From assembly GCF_009914755.1 (NCBI RefSeq), contig NC_060931.1: a DNA stretch of 64,000 bases; one strand, written 5' to 3'. Below, in pieces: positions 1-16,542 of this stretch; the first letter of the stretch is position 1; the number at the start of each line of letters is the position of its first letter. The notes under the pieces are model-generated. The model was given only the letters and a program-made list of their open reading frames with translations. It was not told the origin of the DNA and made no database searches. This DNA comes from the human T2T-CHM13v2.0 reference genome, Homo sapiens. The position numbers were made by a program, and so were the translations under genes.

Positions 1-3426
<3,426 letters not shown>

Positions 3427-3791
3427 TAATATGCTTAGGCTTTGTGTCCCCACCCAAATCTTATCTTGAATTATAGCTCCCACAGTCCCCATGTGTCTTG
3501 GGAGGGACCCATTTGGAGGTAATTTAATCATGGGGGCAGGTTTTTCCCATCTGTTCTCATGGTAGTGAATATGTCTCATGAGATCTGATGGTTTTATAAA
3601 GGACAGTTACCCTGAACACACTCTCTTGCCTGTCACAAGGTAAGATGTGCCTTTGCTCCTCCTTCACCTTCCACCATGATTGTGATGCCTCCCAAGCCAT
3701 GTGGAACTATGAATCCATTAAACCTGTTTTTCTTTATAAATTACCCAGTCTCAGATATTTCTTCATAGCACTATGAAAATGGACTAATGTA
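3427..3791 (+). mobile_element. THE1 3' LTR (THE1B/C/D-like)
   Basis: Begins taatatgcttaggctttgtgtccccacccaaatct and ends ...ttataaattacccagtctcag...ggactaatgta. About 365 bp, typical THE1 LTR. Confidence 0.9.
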
Positions 3792-3934
3792 TCATTTTTA
3801 TATTCGTTTTATATTCATTGTTCTCTCAGCAATATCTCATACATTTAATTATCTCAGTTTCAGTTGATGTCCTAAAACAATTTGGAATGATTTATTTTCC
3901 ACATTCCAAAATGAAGTGCTAGATTTCCAACTAA

Positions 3935-4313
<379 letters not shown>

Positions 4314-4537
4314 TACATGCATTTTTAATCCTTAGCTGAAAACCTATGTTCATCCTGAAAAGACTTTAAAGAGTCCTAGAGATAGGCCGTGAGTTGAATA
4401 GGGAATTTTCTTGAAGGAAGCTACTGTGCTGCTATAGCTTTTTCCTTCCTAGGCTTGCAGGGGAGGGTTTTCCTGCCTCATATAAGACTGGTATGTAAGA
4501 AATAACAGCACATGAAATGTATCATTCATTCAGCAAA

Positions 4538-7290
4538 ATCAAGTGGGTTTTATCCCTGGGATGTAAAGATGGTTTCATGTACACAAATCAATTAATGTGA
4601 TACACCACACTTATAGAACAAAGGATAAAAATTATATGATCACCTCAATAGATGCAGAAAAGACATTTGACAAAATTCAACATCCTTTCATGATAAAAAT
4701 AATTCTCAACAAATTAGGTGGAAAGATCCTCAACATAACAAATGCCATATATAACAAAATCACAGCTAATGTCATACTTCACGGTGAAAAGCTGATAGCT
4801 TTTCCTCTAAGATGAGGAACAAGACAAGGGTGCCTACTTTTGCCATTTCTATTCAACATAGTATTGGGAGTTGTAACCAAAGCAATTATGCAAGAATAAA
4901 AAGATAAACGTCATCCTAATCAGAATGAAAGAAGTGAAATGACTAATGTTTACAAATGACATGATTTTACATACAGGAAAATCTAAAAACTATGAAAAAA
5001 ACTGTTAGCATAAACAAATTCAGTATAGTTGTAGGATACAAAATCAATATATAAAAATCGGTTGAATTTCTATACACTAAATAACAAACTATCCAATTAA
5101 GAAAAAAATTCTATGTGCCATCACATTAAAAAAATAAAATACATAGACAGAAGTTTAAGGAGGTGGAAGATCTGTGTACTGACAACCATAAGACATTGAT
5201 GAAAAAATTGAAGAAAGACACAAAAAAGTCGAAAGAGAGTCCATGTTCATGAATTGGAATAATTAATATTGTTAAAATTCTCATACTATCCAACATGATC
5301 TACAAATTCAATGTAATGCCTATGAAAATTAAAATGACTTTTAAAAAATAGAAATAGGAAAAAATAATCCTAAAATTGTACGGAACCACAGTTGACTCCA
5401 AATAGACAAAGTAATCTTGAGAAAGAAGAACAAAGTTGAAGACATCAGACTGCCTGATTAGAAACTACATTACAAAGCTATAGTAATCAAAACAGCATGG
5501 TGCAAATAAAAACAGACTTATAGACCAATGGAACACAATAAAGAGCTTAGAAATAAAGCTACACATATGCAGTCACCTAATCTTTTACAAGGGTTCCAAA
5601 AATATGCAATGGGGAAAACATCATCCAACAAATGGTGGTGGGAAAACTGGATATTCACATGAAAAATAATGAAATTGAAGTTTTATCTTATATCATACAT
5701 AAAAAATAACTCAAAGTGAATGCATTAAATGTATGACCTGAAACCTTAAAACTCTTTGCATAAAACACAGGGAAAAGCTCCTTTATGTTGGTCTTGGCAA
5801 AGTTTTTTTATACAACACCAAAAACACCAGCAACAAAAATAAAAATAAACAAACGGGACTACATCAAATTAAAAAGCTTCTGCATCCTGTAATCCCAGCA
5901 ACTCAGGAGGCTGAGGTGGGAGGACAGCTTAAGGACAGGAGTTTGAGACAAACCAAGTTATGTTGTTTTGAGGCTGGGCAACATAGCAATACTCATCTCT
6001 AAAAATATGAAAATAAAAAGATTAGCCAGGCATAGTGGCATATGCCTGTAGTTCCAGCTAAGAGGCTGAGGTAGGCGGGTTACTTGAGCCCAGGGGTTCG
6101 AGGCTATGCAGTGAGCTATGATTGTGCCACTGCACTCTAGCCTGGGTAACAGAAAGAGCCATCTCTAAAAAGTGCTTCTGTGCAGGAAAGGAAACAGCAA
6201 ATAAAAATACAAGTTGTGAAAATAGAGAAAGTATTTGCAAACCATACATCTAATAATGGATTATGTCCAAAATATGTAAGAAAGTCATATAACTCAATAG
6301 CAAAAGAAACCCCTGATTTTAAAATGGGCAAAGGACCTGAATAGACATTTTTTCAAAGAGGATATACAAATGACCAATAGGTGTATGAAAAGACACTCAA
6401 CAATAATAATCACCAAGGAAATGCAAATCAAAACAACAATGACACATTACCTCACAACTGTTAGATTGGCTATTATCCAAAAGAAAAAAATAACAAATGT
6501 TGACAAGGATGGGGAGAAAAGGAAAACATTGCACACTGTTCATAGGGATGTAAATTGTTATAGCCATTATGAAAAACATTATGAAGATTCCTCAAAAAAA
6601 TAAAAAAAAAACTGCCATACAATCTAGCACTTTGGGTATATATCTAAAATGAATGAAATCAGTATCTCAAGGAGATATCTGCACTTCCATATTCATTGCA
6701 GCATTATTCACAATAGCAGAGATATGGAAATAACCTAAGTATCTGTCAGCAGGAAATGAATTTTAAAAGTGAGATATATTCAATTCTTTAATAGATTATT
6801 ATTCAGCCTTAAAAAGAAAAGAAATTCTAACATATGGTACAACATGGATGAACTTGGAGAACATTATGCTAAGTGAAGTAAGGCAGACATAGAAAAACAA
6901 ATATTGCATTATCCCACTTATATGTGGAATCTAAAAAAGTTGAACTTATAGAAGCAGAGACTGAAATCTTGCTTGCCAGGAGCTGGTGGGTGGGGGAAAT
7001 GGGGTAATGTTGGTCAAAGCATACAAAGTTTCAGTTATATAATAAATAAGTTCTGGAGATTTAATGTGGCAGCATGGTGACTGTTTTGTATACTAAAAAT
7101 TTGTTAAGAGAGTAGATCTTAAGTGTTCTCACCTGACACACAGACACAAAGATAACTATGTGAGGTGATGAATATGTTAATTATCTTTATTGTGGTAATT
7201 ATTTCCACAGTGTATACATGTATGAAATCATCATGTCAGATATCTTCAATATATATACTTTTTATTTGTCAATTATGTCTCAATAAAGAG
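4538..7290 (+). mobile_element. Old LINE-1 (L1MA-type) ORF2 3' half and 3'UTR, interrupted by an Alu
   Basis: Degenerate ORF2 peptides ([16 protein letters not shown]; KEMQIKTTM). L1MA-type 3' end ...ttatttgtcaattatgtctcaataaag. Confidence 0.88.
5885..6170 (+). mobile_element. Alu (AluJ-like, 5'-truncated) inserted in L1MA
   Basis: cctgtaatcccagca...gcctgggtaacaga. Flanked by a degenerate duplication aaaaagcttctgca / aaaaagtgcttctgtgca. Carries a ~20-nt extra segment near 5950-5972. Confidence 0.88.
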
Positions 7291-7492
7291 ACTGAGAAAA
7301 GGAGAAGTAAGAGAAAGAAAGAAAGAAAGAGAGAAAGAAAGAAAAGAAAGAAAGAAAGAAAGAACGAAAGAAAGAAAGAAAAAACGAAAGAGAAAGAAAG
7401 AAAAGAGGAAGGAAAGAAGGGAGGAAGGGAGGGAGTGATGAAGGGAGGGAGAAAGGAAGGAAAGAAGGAAAGGAGGGAAAAAAGGAAAGAAA
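7291..7492 (+). repeat. Polypurine (GAAA)n/(GGAA)n low-complexity tract derived from the L1 tail
   Basis: About 200 bp of almost pure A/G directly after the L1 3' end. Confidence 0.9.
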
Positions 7493-7532
7493 TTTTAAAA
7501 ACTTTTCTACCAAGACAATTTATTTAGAGTAT

Positions 7533-7943
7533 TGTGTTACTTTCCTGTGGCTGTTCTAACAAATTCACACAAACTGGGTGGATAGAAGAAACAACAGAAG
7601 CTTCTTTTGTTTGTTTTCAAGTCTGGAGACCAAAAGTTCAAAATCAAGGTGTTGGCCATGCAGTTCTCTTTCCCTCTTCTAGCTTCTGATGGCTCCAAGC
7701 ATTCCTTGGTTGGTGGCTGCATAACTTCAATCTCTGCTTCCATGTCCACATGGCCTTCTCTTCTACTCTAAGGACACCTGTCATTGGATTCAAGTCCCAT
7801 TTGGCTAATTCAGGATGATCACAGAGCAAAATCATTAACTTTAGATCTGCTAAGGCCCCTTTTCCATATAAGATCACATTTACAAGTTCCAGAGGTTAGG
7901 AAGTAGGACTATCTTTTTAGGAGACACCATTTAACACACAACA
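7533..7943 (-). mobile_element. MLT1 (MLT1C/D-like) solo LTR
   Basis: tgtgttactttcctgtggctgttctaacaaattcacacaaactgggtgg...aaggacacctgtcattggatt...acacacaaca. Confidence 0.75.
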
Positions 7944-8967
7944 ATTATTAATCTCATCCCTTGCTTTATCCTTTCTTGCCTAAATTAATTTTCTTTTCTT
8001 TGTTCTGAATGCCACATTTACTTTTTACTTTAATATTCTGATTTTAAGTATGTATGCATATTGTCTTAAATCCATCTTGAGCAAGGTAAAACATAAATAT
8101 GAGATTATTCTTTAAATATCCAAAGCTGGATCAGAGACATTACTGGCGTGAGATAAGGAAATCAACGATCACTTCTCTGGTCAGTTTCCATTTTTTTCCT
8201 GTTTATCTATGATTATTTTTCTCATAATTAGAATAATTAATACCTAACAGTAAATAATCTATTTAATTTTCATGGTTTTTGTATATTACTTAGACTCAAA
8301 ATTCAGAATAAAAGCAATATTTTGCATACTGTTTATTACATTAAAAAATGATTTCTCTTAGAAGCTATAAAATTGTCTTCAAAGTAGCCAAATGATATGA
8401 GCATGCTAATTGAGAAATCTAGTTATCATTCTCAAAATTCATGCTGGTAATCACTAGAAAGTATCAGGGCTTTGGGATAAGTTAGACCTAGATTTGAAAA
8501 CTAGGTCGAACACTAAATGGCTGTGCTAATTTTTAGTAAGCTTCTTGCCCTCTCTACTATTGGGGTTCCTAGTTTTCACCTTATGAACTAACACCAAAAT
8601 ATATTTATGATAAAGAATATGAAGAATCAATACTGCCCTAGATCAAAGCAGAAATGTATGATATAATAGCCATTTTTATAATTAAATATGGGTAAATCTG
8701 TTTTCAAAAGAGGGGTAGGTGGTAATGGGCTAGATATTTTCACATATTTCTCAGAAGATGATCTTTAGTCTCTACATCAATCATGATATTAACTTTCTTT
8801 TGCTTGAAATTTTGACAAGCCTCAACTACCTTAGCCTTTTATGCTAAAAATCTACACTAGTAAATATATGATAATATTCTGTTCTTCACAAGCAAATGAA
8901 ATGATCCTAATCTTGTGTTGGTAAACTGAATTACTTTTAATGTAATGGAAGAGAGTTGTGCATTAAG

Positions 8968-9480
8968 ACATTTTTAAATAAAATTATTGATACAGAATTC
9001 ATGTATCCACTTAAAGTACACAATTCAGAAGTTTTTAGTATATTCACAGAGCTTTGCAACCATAAATGTAATCTAATTTTAGAATATTTTATTCTCCCTG
9101 TACCCATTAGCAATACTCTCCATGAGCCTTCCCCTAGCCCTAGGTAATCACTAACCTACTATATGTCTCTGTGTATCTGCCTAAATCTGGACATTTTATA
9201 AAAATAGCCTCATACTATATGCAATCTTGTGATTGCCTTCTTTCATGTAGCATAATGTTTTCAAGGTTTATCCATTTCATAGCATGTATCAGTACTTAAT
9301 TTCTTTTGGTTGCCAAATAATATTTCATCATATAGATAAACCACCTTGTGTTTATCCACCAATCAGCTGATGTTTATTTGGGTTGTTTCCAGTTTTTGAC
9401 TATTTTAAATAATGGTACTATGAACATTAATGTACGGATTTTTATGTGGACTTTCAAACTTTATCGTGGAGATGACAGAG

Positions 9481-9511
<31 letters not shown>

Positions 9512-9675
9512 TAGATAGATAGAACCACTGTGTTATATAGAAACTATACTTAACATTTTGAGGAACTGCCAAATTGTCTTCCAAAGTAGCTCTATCATAT
9601 TATAATCTCAGCAATATACAAGGTTCCAATTTCTCCACACTTTTAAACACTTGTTGTCTATCTATTTTCATTTAT
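8968..9675 (-). mobile_element. L1MB-like 3' end containing a (GACA)n(GATA)n microsatellite at about 9471-9522
   Basis: ttaaagtacacaattcag...tttttagtatattcacagag...tttcaaggtttatccat...ttttgaggaactgccaaa. Confidence 0.75.
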
Positions 9676-11695
9676 GACATGACCCAGAGGGAAAAAAATC
9701 AACCAGAATGTGATGGCAACCCAAGGTGGAATGCAGACTGTGACGAATCAATCTAACCGTATTACAAATAAATCATATAACTAGACTGAAGTGGGTGAAG
9801 AAGAAAGGAAATGACCTGAGTAACTGAACAATGGTGTTTTGGGCCAGGCTCAGTGGTGCACACCTGTAATTCCAGCACTTTGGGAGGCAGAGGCAGACAG
9901 ATCACATGAGGCCATGAGTTTGAGACCTGCCTGGCCAACATGGTGAAACTCTCTCTCTACTAAAAATACAGAAATTAGCCGGGTGTGGGGGCGCACGCCT
10001 GTAGTCCCAGCTACCTGGGAGGTGAAGCACAAGAATTGTGCTAACCTGAGAGGCAGAGGTTGAGGTGAACTGAAATTGTGCCACTGCACTCCAGTCTGGT
10101 TGACAGAGTGAGATTCTGTCTCAATAAATAAATAAATACATAAATAAGTAAGTAAATAAAATGGTGTTTTGACTAGCTACTGTAAGGTTAAAGACAAAAT
10201 CAGTTGTACACAAAAACTATAATTGGTAAATTTGTTTCTCACAGAGCTATGGGTTAGATTTGTAAGCTACTGTATACATATACCAGGGCTTAACAAATAA
10301 AGATATATATTGTATATAAAGGGAGCCAAATTTCTCACTGTGTGAGAAAGAAGGTACAATCAAGAAAACAGGAAAAGTTAGAATGACCCTTGTAATGTTG
10401 GTTCAAAGTCAGAGGTATCAGTAAAACGCAAGGGCCTTCAACATATATTTATGTGTACGTGTGTATATATATAAAAATAGATGCAAAAATAAATAAATAG
10501 GTGACTGTGCCCATGGTTTAGTGCATATACATGTTTTCTAGCTTTGAGAGAGCCTAGAGACAGTGACACCCCAGTAGTAATGGGCACACTTAGCATCCAG
10601 ATTTTGATTTCTAAATACCATTCTCCAGCATCCTTGTAGAAGACATTGATCCCAGGGTTGTAGCCGGGAAAATACAAGATGAACCTGGAACATCTTGGGG
10701 TACAAAATTAAAGGAAATAATTTTTACGAAAATGATGGGGCATGCCAAAGGTAAACAGGAGCCATCTCAAAGAGCTCTCAAAGGTCAAAGCTAAAAAATT
10801 TGAGTGCAAAATATATGATGATTAGATTGGATTATAAACCAATAAATAAAATAAATACTTATGTGTCCAAACTGACATAAATATTTGAATAAATAAATTG
10901 AAGAGAAAGGAAAGCTTTTCCCTTAAAGGATAATTCCAATTAGTGAACGAAAAAGGAATAAGGGAAGTAGAAAATCATCACTAGAACATCACAGTAATAA
11001 TTGCTATAGACAAGATCCAGTTATGGATGACAAATTTAGTGGATATGTTTTAAGAAGAAACACCTATTTGTACAGTTACAAAAATCTCCTCCAAATAAAT
11101 ATTTATCAATTACCAATGAAAAAATCATAACTTCATAATGGAGAAATCTGGAAAAAGCTACCTTAAGCAAATAAGCAAGGTTCATTCACATGTAATAAAA
11201 CATATTACTGCATATTAGTACATAAGACATAAGACATCATATCCTTGATATGATACAAAGATAAGAGTGTATTATTTGTGTGACAATCTTCCCAACAGTA
11301 TATACATTCAATCTAATCAAGAGAAAAGTGAGGGGTACTTCATGAAGTTAACTGACCAGTACTATTCAAATTCTCAAGTTTATTAAATTTGAAGAAAGCC
11401 TGAGGAACTGTCACAGATTGAAAAAAACCAAGGAAGCATGACAACTTAAGATAACGTGGGATCCAGGGTTAGATCTTACGACTCAAAGAGGATATTAATG
11501 GAAAAATTGTTGAAATCTGAATAAAGTTGGTAGTTTTCTTAGTATGTTAGTTTATTTGTTTTGATCATTTTACTTACCATAGTTATATGCAATGTTCATA
11601 TTAGGGAAAGCTGGGAGAAGGACGAAGGAGAGCTTTCTGTGTCACTTTTATAACGCTTTTGTAAGTCTAAAAGTATCTCAAATTTAAAAATTAGG
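9676..11695 (+). mobile_element. L1MC/L1MD-type long 3'UTR, interrupted by an Alu
   Basis: Characteristic segment gacaccccagtagtaatgggcacacttagcatccagattttgatttctaaataccattctcc and 3' end ...tgtaagtctaaaagtatctcaaatttaaaa. Confidence 0.7.
9842..10159 (+). mobile_element. Alu (AluS-like), full length, (TAAA)n tail
   Basis: Dimeric Alu with a perfect 12-bp TSD aatggtgttttg at 9830-9841 and 10160-10171. Confidence 0.95.
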
Positions 11696-11699
11696 GGAA

Positions 11700-12585
11700 A
11701 AACAAATAATCAAACAACTATATTAAGAAATGGGCAAAGGACTTGAATAGACAATTCTTCAAAGAAGATTATGAATGGCTAATAAGCATATAAAATGATG
11801 CACAGCATCACTGATAAGTAGGAAAATGCAAATCATAAGTATGAGACACCACCTGATACCCATTAGGATGGCTACTACTATAAAAACGGAAAGCACATGT
11901 TGGTGAGAATATGGAGATATTGGAATCTCTGTGCCCTGTTTGTAGTAATGTAAAATGGTAACGTTGCTTTGGAAAACAATATGGCAGTTCCTCATAAAAT
12001 TAAAAATAGAATTACTATATAACCCAGCAATTCCACTTCTGGATATATGCCACAAAGTATTGAAAGCAGGGTCTTGAGGATATATTTGTATGCCCATGTT
12101 GACAGTAGCATTATTCATAAGAGATAAAACCTGGAAACAACTTAAGTGTCCACTGACAGATGAATGGAAAAACAAAATGTGGTATAAACATACTATGGAA
12201 TATTATTCAGCCTCAAAAAGGAAACTCTGACATACACTTCAACATGAATGAATCTGGAAGACATTATGCTAAGTGAAACAAGCAAGTCACAAAAAAGACA
12301 AACATGATTCTGCTTATATAAGGTACCTAGAGTACTCAAAATCACAGACACAAAGCAGAATGGTAGATCCAGGGTCTGGGGGGAAGAGGAATTGAGAAGA
12401 TATTGTTTAATGGGTATAGAATTTCAGTTTTGTAAGATGCAAAGAGTTATAGAGACAAATGGTGGTGCTGATTGCACAACAATATGAATATACTTAGTAT
12501 CACTGCACTGTATACTTAAAAATGGTTGAGAGTAAATTTTATCTTCTGTGTAACTTTACTACAGTTTAAAAAATAGAAAAAAATT
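11700..12585 (+). mobile_element. L1MB-like ORF2 end and 3'UTR
   Basis: aaatgggcaaaggacttgaatagaca...gacattatgctaagtgaaa...tatacttaaaaatggtt. Confidence 0.8.
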
Positions 12586-12689
12586 TTAAAGGGGAAAAAC
12601 ATGACCATGGGCAAATATCTGTGAGATTACAAGTGTGTTCAGGAGTTTAATCTGGTAAATTCTATAAAGGTTTATGTGACAGTCTCATG

Positions 12690-12780
12690 ATTTTGGTTTT
12701 TAAACTTTCTTGACAGGGTACCCACACTAAGAAAAACATTTATATCTTATCCAAGATGTTTATGTGTATACTTATTTTAG
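12690..12780 (+). mobile_element. Left end of a short non-autonomous hAT-Charlie-like element (family not assigned); its right end lies in the triplicated unit
   Basis: ggtttttaaactttcttgac...cccacactaagaaaaacattt resembles hAT MITE left termini. Each repeat unit carries a matching right-end motif tttgaaaaaca...ctggtctagag. Confidence 0.45.
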
Positions 12781-12892
12781 TTACATATATATATGTATAT
12801 GTATAATTTATTTTAGTTACATATATAACTATATTTATTTGTTATATAAATATATAACTAAATATATATAATATATATAATTATAAAATAAA
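12772..12892. repeat. AT-rich low-complexity tract with short inverted repeats
   Basis: ttagttacatatataacta, gttatataaatatataac; almost all A/T. Confidence 0.85.
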
Positions 12893-12894
12893 AT

Positions 12895-13756
12895 CCTTCC
12901 TTCCTTTCCTTCAACTTCCTTCCTTCCTTCCTTCATCATGATGCATTAAAGAGATTTTATGGTCTATTGAAGGGCTGACAAAAACCACTTATGCATCCCT
13001 AACCAAAATTGAAAAACAACATTTATCTGGTCTAGAGTATATATAAACGTGTTATCTGTTACTCAAGTTTTCATATTTCCTCAACACTTATAACTAGACT
13101 TGAGCATCAGTCACTACAATGTTTATCACAGGTACTTTATGTATAACTAAAATAAAATTTAATAAAACATACCCTTAGTATTCACTATTCTCTCCCTCCC
13201 TCCCTCCCTCCCTCCCTTCCTTCCTTCCTTCCTTCATCATGATGCATTGAAGAGATTTTATGATCTATTGAAGGGCTGACAAAAACCACTAATGCGTCCC
13301 TAACCAAAATTTGAAAAACAACATTTATCTGGTCTAGAGTATATATAAACTTGTTATCTGTTACTCAAATTTTCATATTTCCAAAACACTTATAACTAGA
13401 CTTGAGCAGCAGTCACTACAATGTTTATCACAGGTATTTTATATATAACTAAAATTAAATTTCATAAAACTTACCCTTAGTATTTCCCTCCCTCCCTCCC
13501 TCCCTCCCTCCCTCCCTCCCTTCCTCCCCTCCTCCCTTCCTTCCTTTGCTGGTCATGATACATTAAAGAGATTTTATGATCTACTGAAGGGCTGACAAAA
13601 ACCACTAATGCATCCCTATCCAAAATTTGAAAAACAAAATTTATCTGGTCTAGAGTGTAAATAAACATGTTATCTGTTAATCAAATTTCTGTATTTCCAA
13701 AACCCTTATAACCAGACTTGAGCATCAGTCACTACAATGTTTATCACAGGTACTTT
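12895..13756 (+). repeat. Tandem triplication, unit about 300-316 bp, each unit headed by a (TCCC/TTCC)n tract
   Basis: Core catgat(g/a)catt(a/g)aagagattttat...gaagggctgacaaaaaccact...cagtcactacaatgtttatcacaggta starts at 12937, 13238 and 13554. Confidence 0.95.
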
Positions 13757-15461
13757 TGGAAAAGTGCTTTGCTTCATAATAATTACCCTATCAGAAGGCC
13801 TCAATTTATAAAGCATTTAGTTACTTAGTGCTTATGACGTAAATGTCACAGTTCAAGTACTTGATGGAGAAAAATATTAAATGAAGTGCACTTGTTTTGA
13901 AGATAATTTCATTTAGCATCTCCAAAGCAGGGGATAATTAAGTTACTCTGTCATACAAAATGATGGAGGCTTTAAATAAGTAACAGCTGGTTACCCCAAT
14001 GATGGAGCAACTGCAGGGCAGCCTTTGGCAAGGACAGCTGTGCAAACTCAGCCCACGTGGTACGCAAATAGACCTACATTATGACTAAGGAAATAGCTGA
14101 AATGGAATGACATCTAGAAAAGCAAAAAAACAACAAGACTGGGATCCCTTAGCATGCATTTCAATAGCATTAAGATATAGAAATATTAATAAGAAGTGCT
14201 CATCTATCATTTCTGTAGTCAAATGTGTTTCTCACGTCTAGACGAATTTAAAGTTAGTCATTGCAGGGCAATGAGCACATTCATAAGAAAGTACCCTCAT
14301 TTTTAAATGTAACTACTACTTAAATTACTTTACTTACTACTACTTTTACTTACTACTACTTTACTCCAAGCAAGAAATTAAATTCAATTTATTCATATTT
14401 TAACATTAGTACAGTGATTTTTTTTAAAGTTATGCTAAATCTTTATTCCAAAAGTTTTTGTTTCTTTAAAACCTCTTCCACGGAAAACAAATTTGTAACA
14501 GTGACCTTAAAATGTGAGAGCTGGCCTTCGTAAAACAAACGTGCTATTAAAAATATTAAATAACTGACCCCATTTTTGGAAAGCTGGGTAAGGCTGTGCT
14601 AGCATGGATCTATCGTTAAACGTTTTTTGTTTTTTTTTTTGAAAACTTTTTATTGTCACTCGATCTGCATGTAAACAAGGAGGAAAAAGTGAGTCTGACT
14701 TATGTACTTGATTTTGTTTACCAGAATTTTGCTTAAGTCATACTACGGACCTTTCTGACTTGAAATCATTTTCGAGTTGGTTATCAGACTAACTCTCCTA
14801 ACTAGTATTTGTATTAATTATTTTTAAGCAAGCATTTATTATCATTGATTATGCAAGCATTATTGAGCAAGCAAATGCAAATGCAATAAGCATTTTTAAG
14901 CATTAACTATGTGTTAAGCACAAGGTCTCTGTCCTGAAGAAGCTTACTAGCCACTAGACAAAATGGACACAGAATCAAGAAATGTCATAATAATATGGGG
15001 TAACACATGACCCAGATTTGGAGTTCAGCTACAGTTTCCCAAGGGAAATGAGTGCAATCAAGGTCTTAATAGACAAATCATACATAGGCAGCAACAACAA
15101 CAACAAAAAAAAAGGGGGTGGGGGGCATGAAAGGCTTTCCAGGGGAGGAAAATAGCACAAGCTAAGGCATGAGGGCACTAAATAGCACAGTGGGGTGTGT
15201 CCTCGATCCCCATAAGTAATTGCAATATGTGAAATGATGAGTGGTGTCTGGGGATGAAAGCTAGAGGATCTTCATAGGGGCCTTTATGGAAGTGTTAAGG
15301 AATGCTAAAGAGCTTGGCCTTTGAAGGGATTTAAAGAAGAATTAAAATCAGACCTCTCTATTATAGTATAGACACTGGGTACAAGGGAGACAAAACTGAA
15401 GACTAAAAAATCTTCAGTGGTTGCCCCTCTGCCAAATTAGCAGTTGTTAACCTTTTCGGCC

Positions 15462-16340
15462 TGAGAACTAAAACTACAGTCCTAAGCTCCTGGACCCTCC
15501 CTTGGCCAAAGGGACCCCAGAGAAACCTTAAAGAACTGAGTTCCTGGCCAAGACAGAATGGGGACATGCCTCATTATACTCCCTCCTTTTTGCAGTTTAA
15601 ACACAATTGACCAGCATTAATGATAAACTAGAGATGATAACCAACAGAGCGAACTCTTTTCATGGCAATAAGATAACAAATTATAAACATGACCTAAGGC
15701 CATGCAAGGCAAGCATTAAGTCACGTACCTCTACACTTGAAGAATAAACTCTATTATAACTGCCACAAGGTTTTCCTTTTTCTAGTAGGTAAACAAGCCC
15801 TGGCCTCTAGATAAGCAATATAATTGCAGCTCATTCATCAGACACTGACCAGTTGAACCCCCCGTCCAACAAACCATAGCTACATAGCTCTGATTGACTA
15901 AGAGACTAATTTCAGTAACTTTCTCGTGGTAAGAGACCACCAACCACTGGGCTCAGTCTGGCCTGCTCTCAGAGGCTGCACATTTGAATGCCTTCATGCT
16001 CCTGCCTCACCTTTTGACATATAAGACCTAATTGTAATGCATTTAAATGTCGTTTCCACTCCAAAATGAACATGGGACACATGTAACATACATGTTTGTT
16101 CAGTATGCATGTGTCAGGACTCCCTTTGTGAATATCCATAAGACCTCCTCAAACCTGTTGAATATGTTTACTTGGCCAACCTTGTCAGCATATATCCCTG
16201 TTCCACTCTCCCCTCCCTCAAAGTGCCTTCTGGTTTCGCCTGAAGGTTACACTTCCCAGCCTGTCAGAATCACCATCTTGAAGGCTGGAACCATTCGTAA
16301 GCTACATATATAGATCTCACAATTTTTAAAAATCTTGATA
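15462..16340 (+). mobile_element. ERV1 MER4-group solo LTR (MER49-like)
   Basis: TG start (tgagaactaaaa...cttggccaaagggaccccagagaaacc...gacatgcctcattata), ends ttgata. 4-bp flanks ggcc/gggc fit an ERV1 TSD with one mismatch. Confidence 0.75.
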
Positions 16341-16542
16341 GGGCTCATGACCCCTTTAAAATCTTACAAAATATCGAGGATACCTCAGTGCTTTGTTTTT
16401 TGTGGATTACGTCTGTTGATATTTACCATATTTGAAATTAAAACTGAGAAATATTTAAACAATTATGTATTTATTTATAATAACAAAGGTAAGCCCATTA
16501 TATGTTTAACAAGGAATACATTTTATGAAAATTACAACTCAA

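Noticed and set aside
7165-7527. Lys/Arg/Glu-rich and Phe/Leu/Ser-rich ORFs (also 25893-26121)
   Set aside because: Translations of purine-rich simple repeats.
12895-13756. Regularly spaced repeats as a CRISPR-like or RNA-gene array
   Set aside because: The units are ~250-bp near-identical blocks separated by simple microsatellites rather than unique spacers. The context is a mammalian intron, with no cas genes and no convincing RNA-gene motifs.
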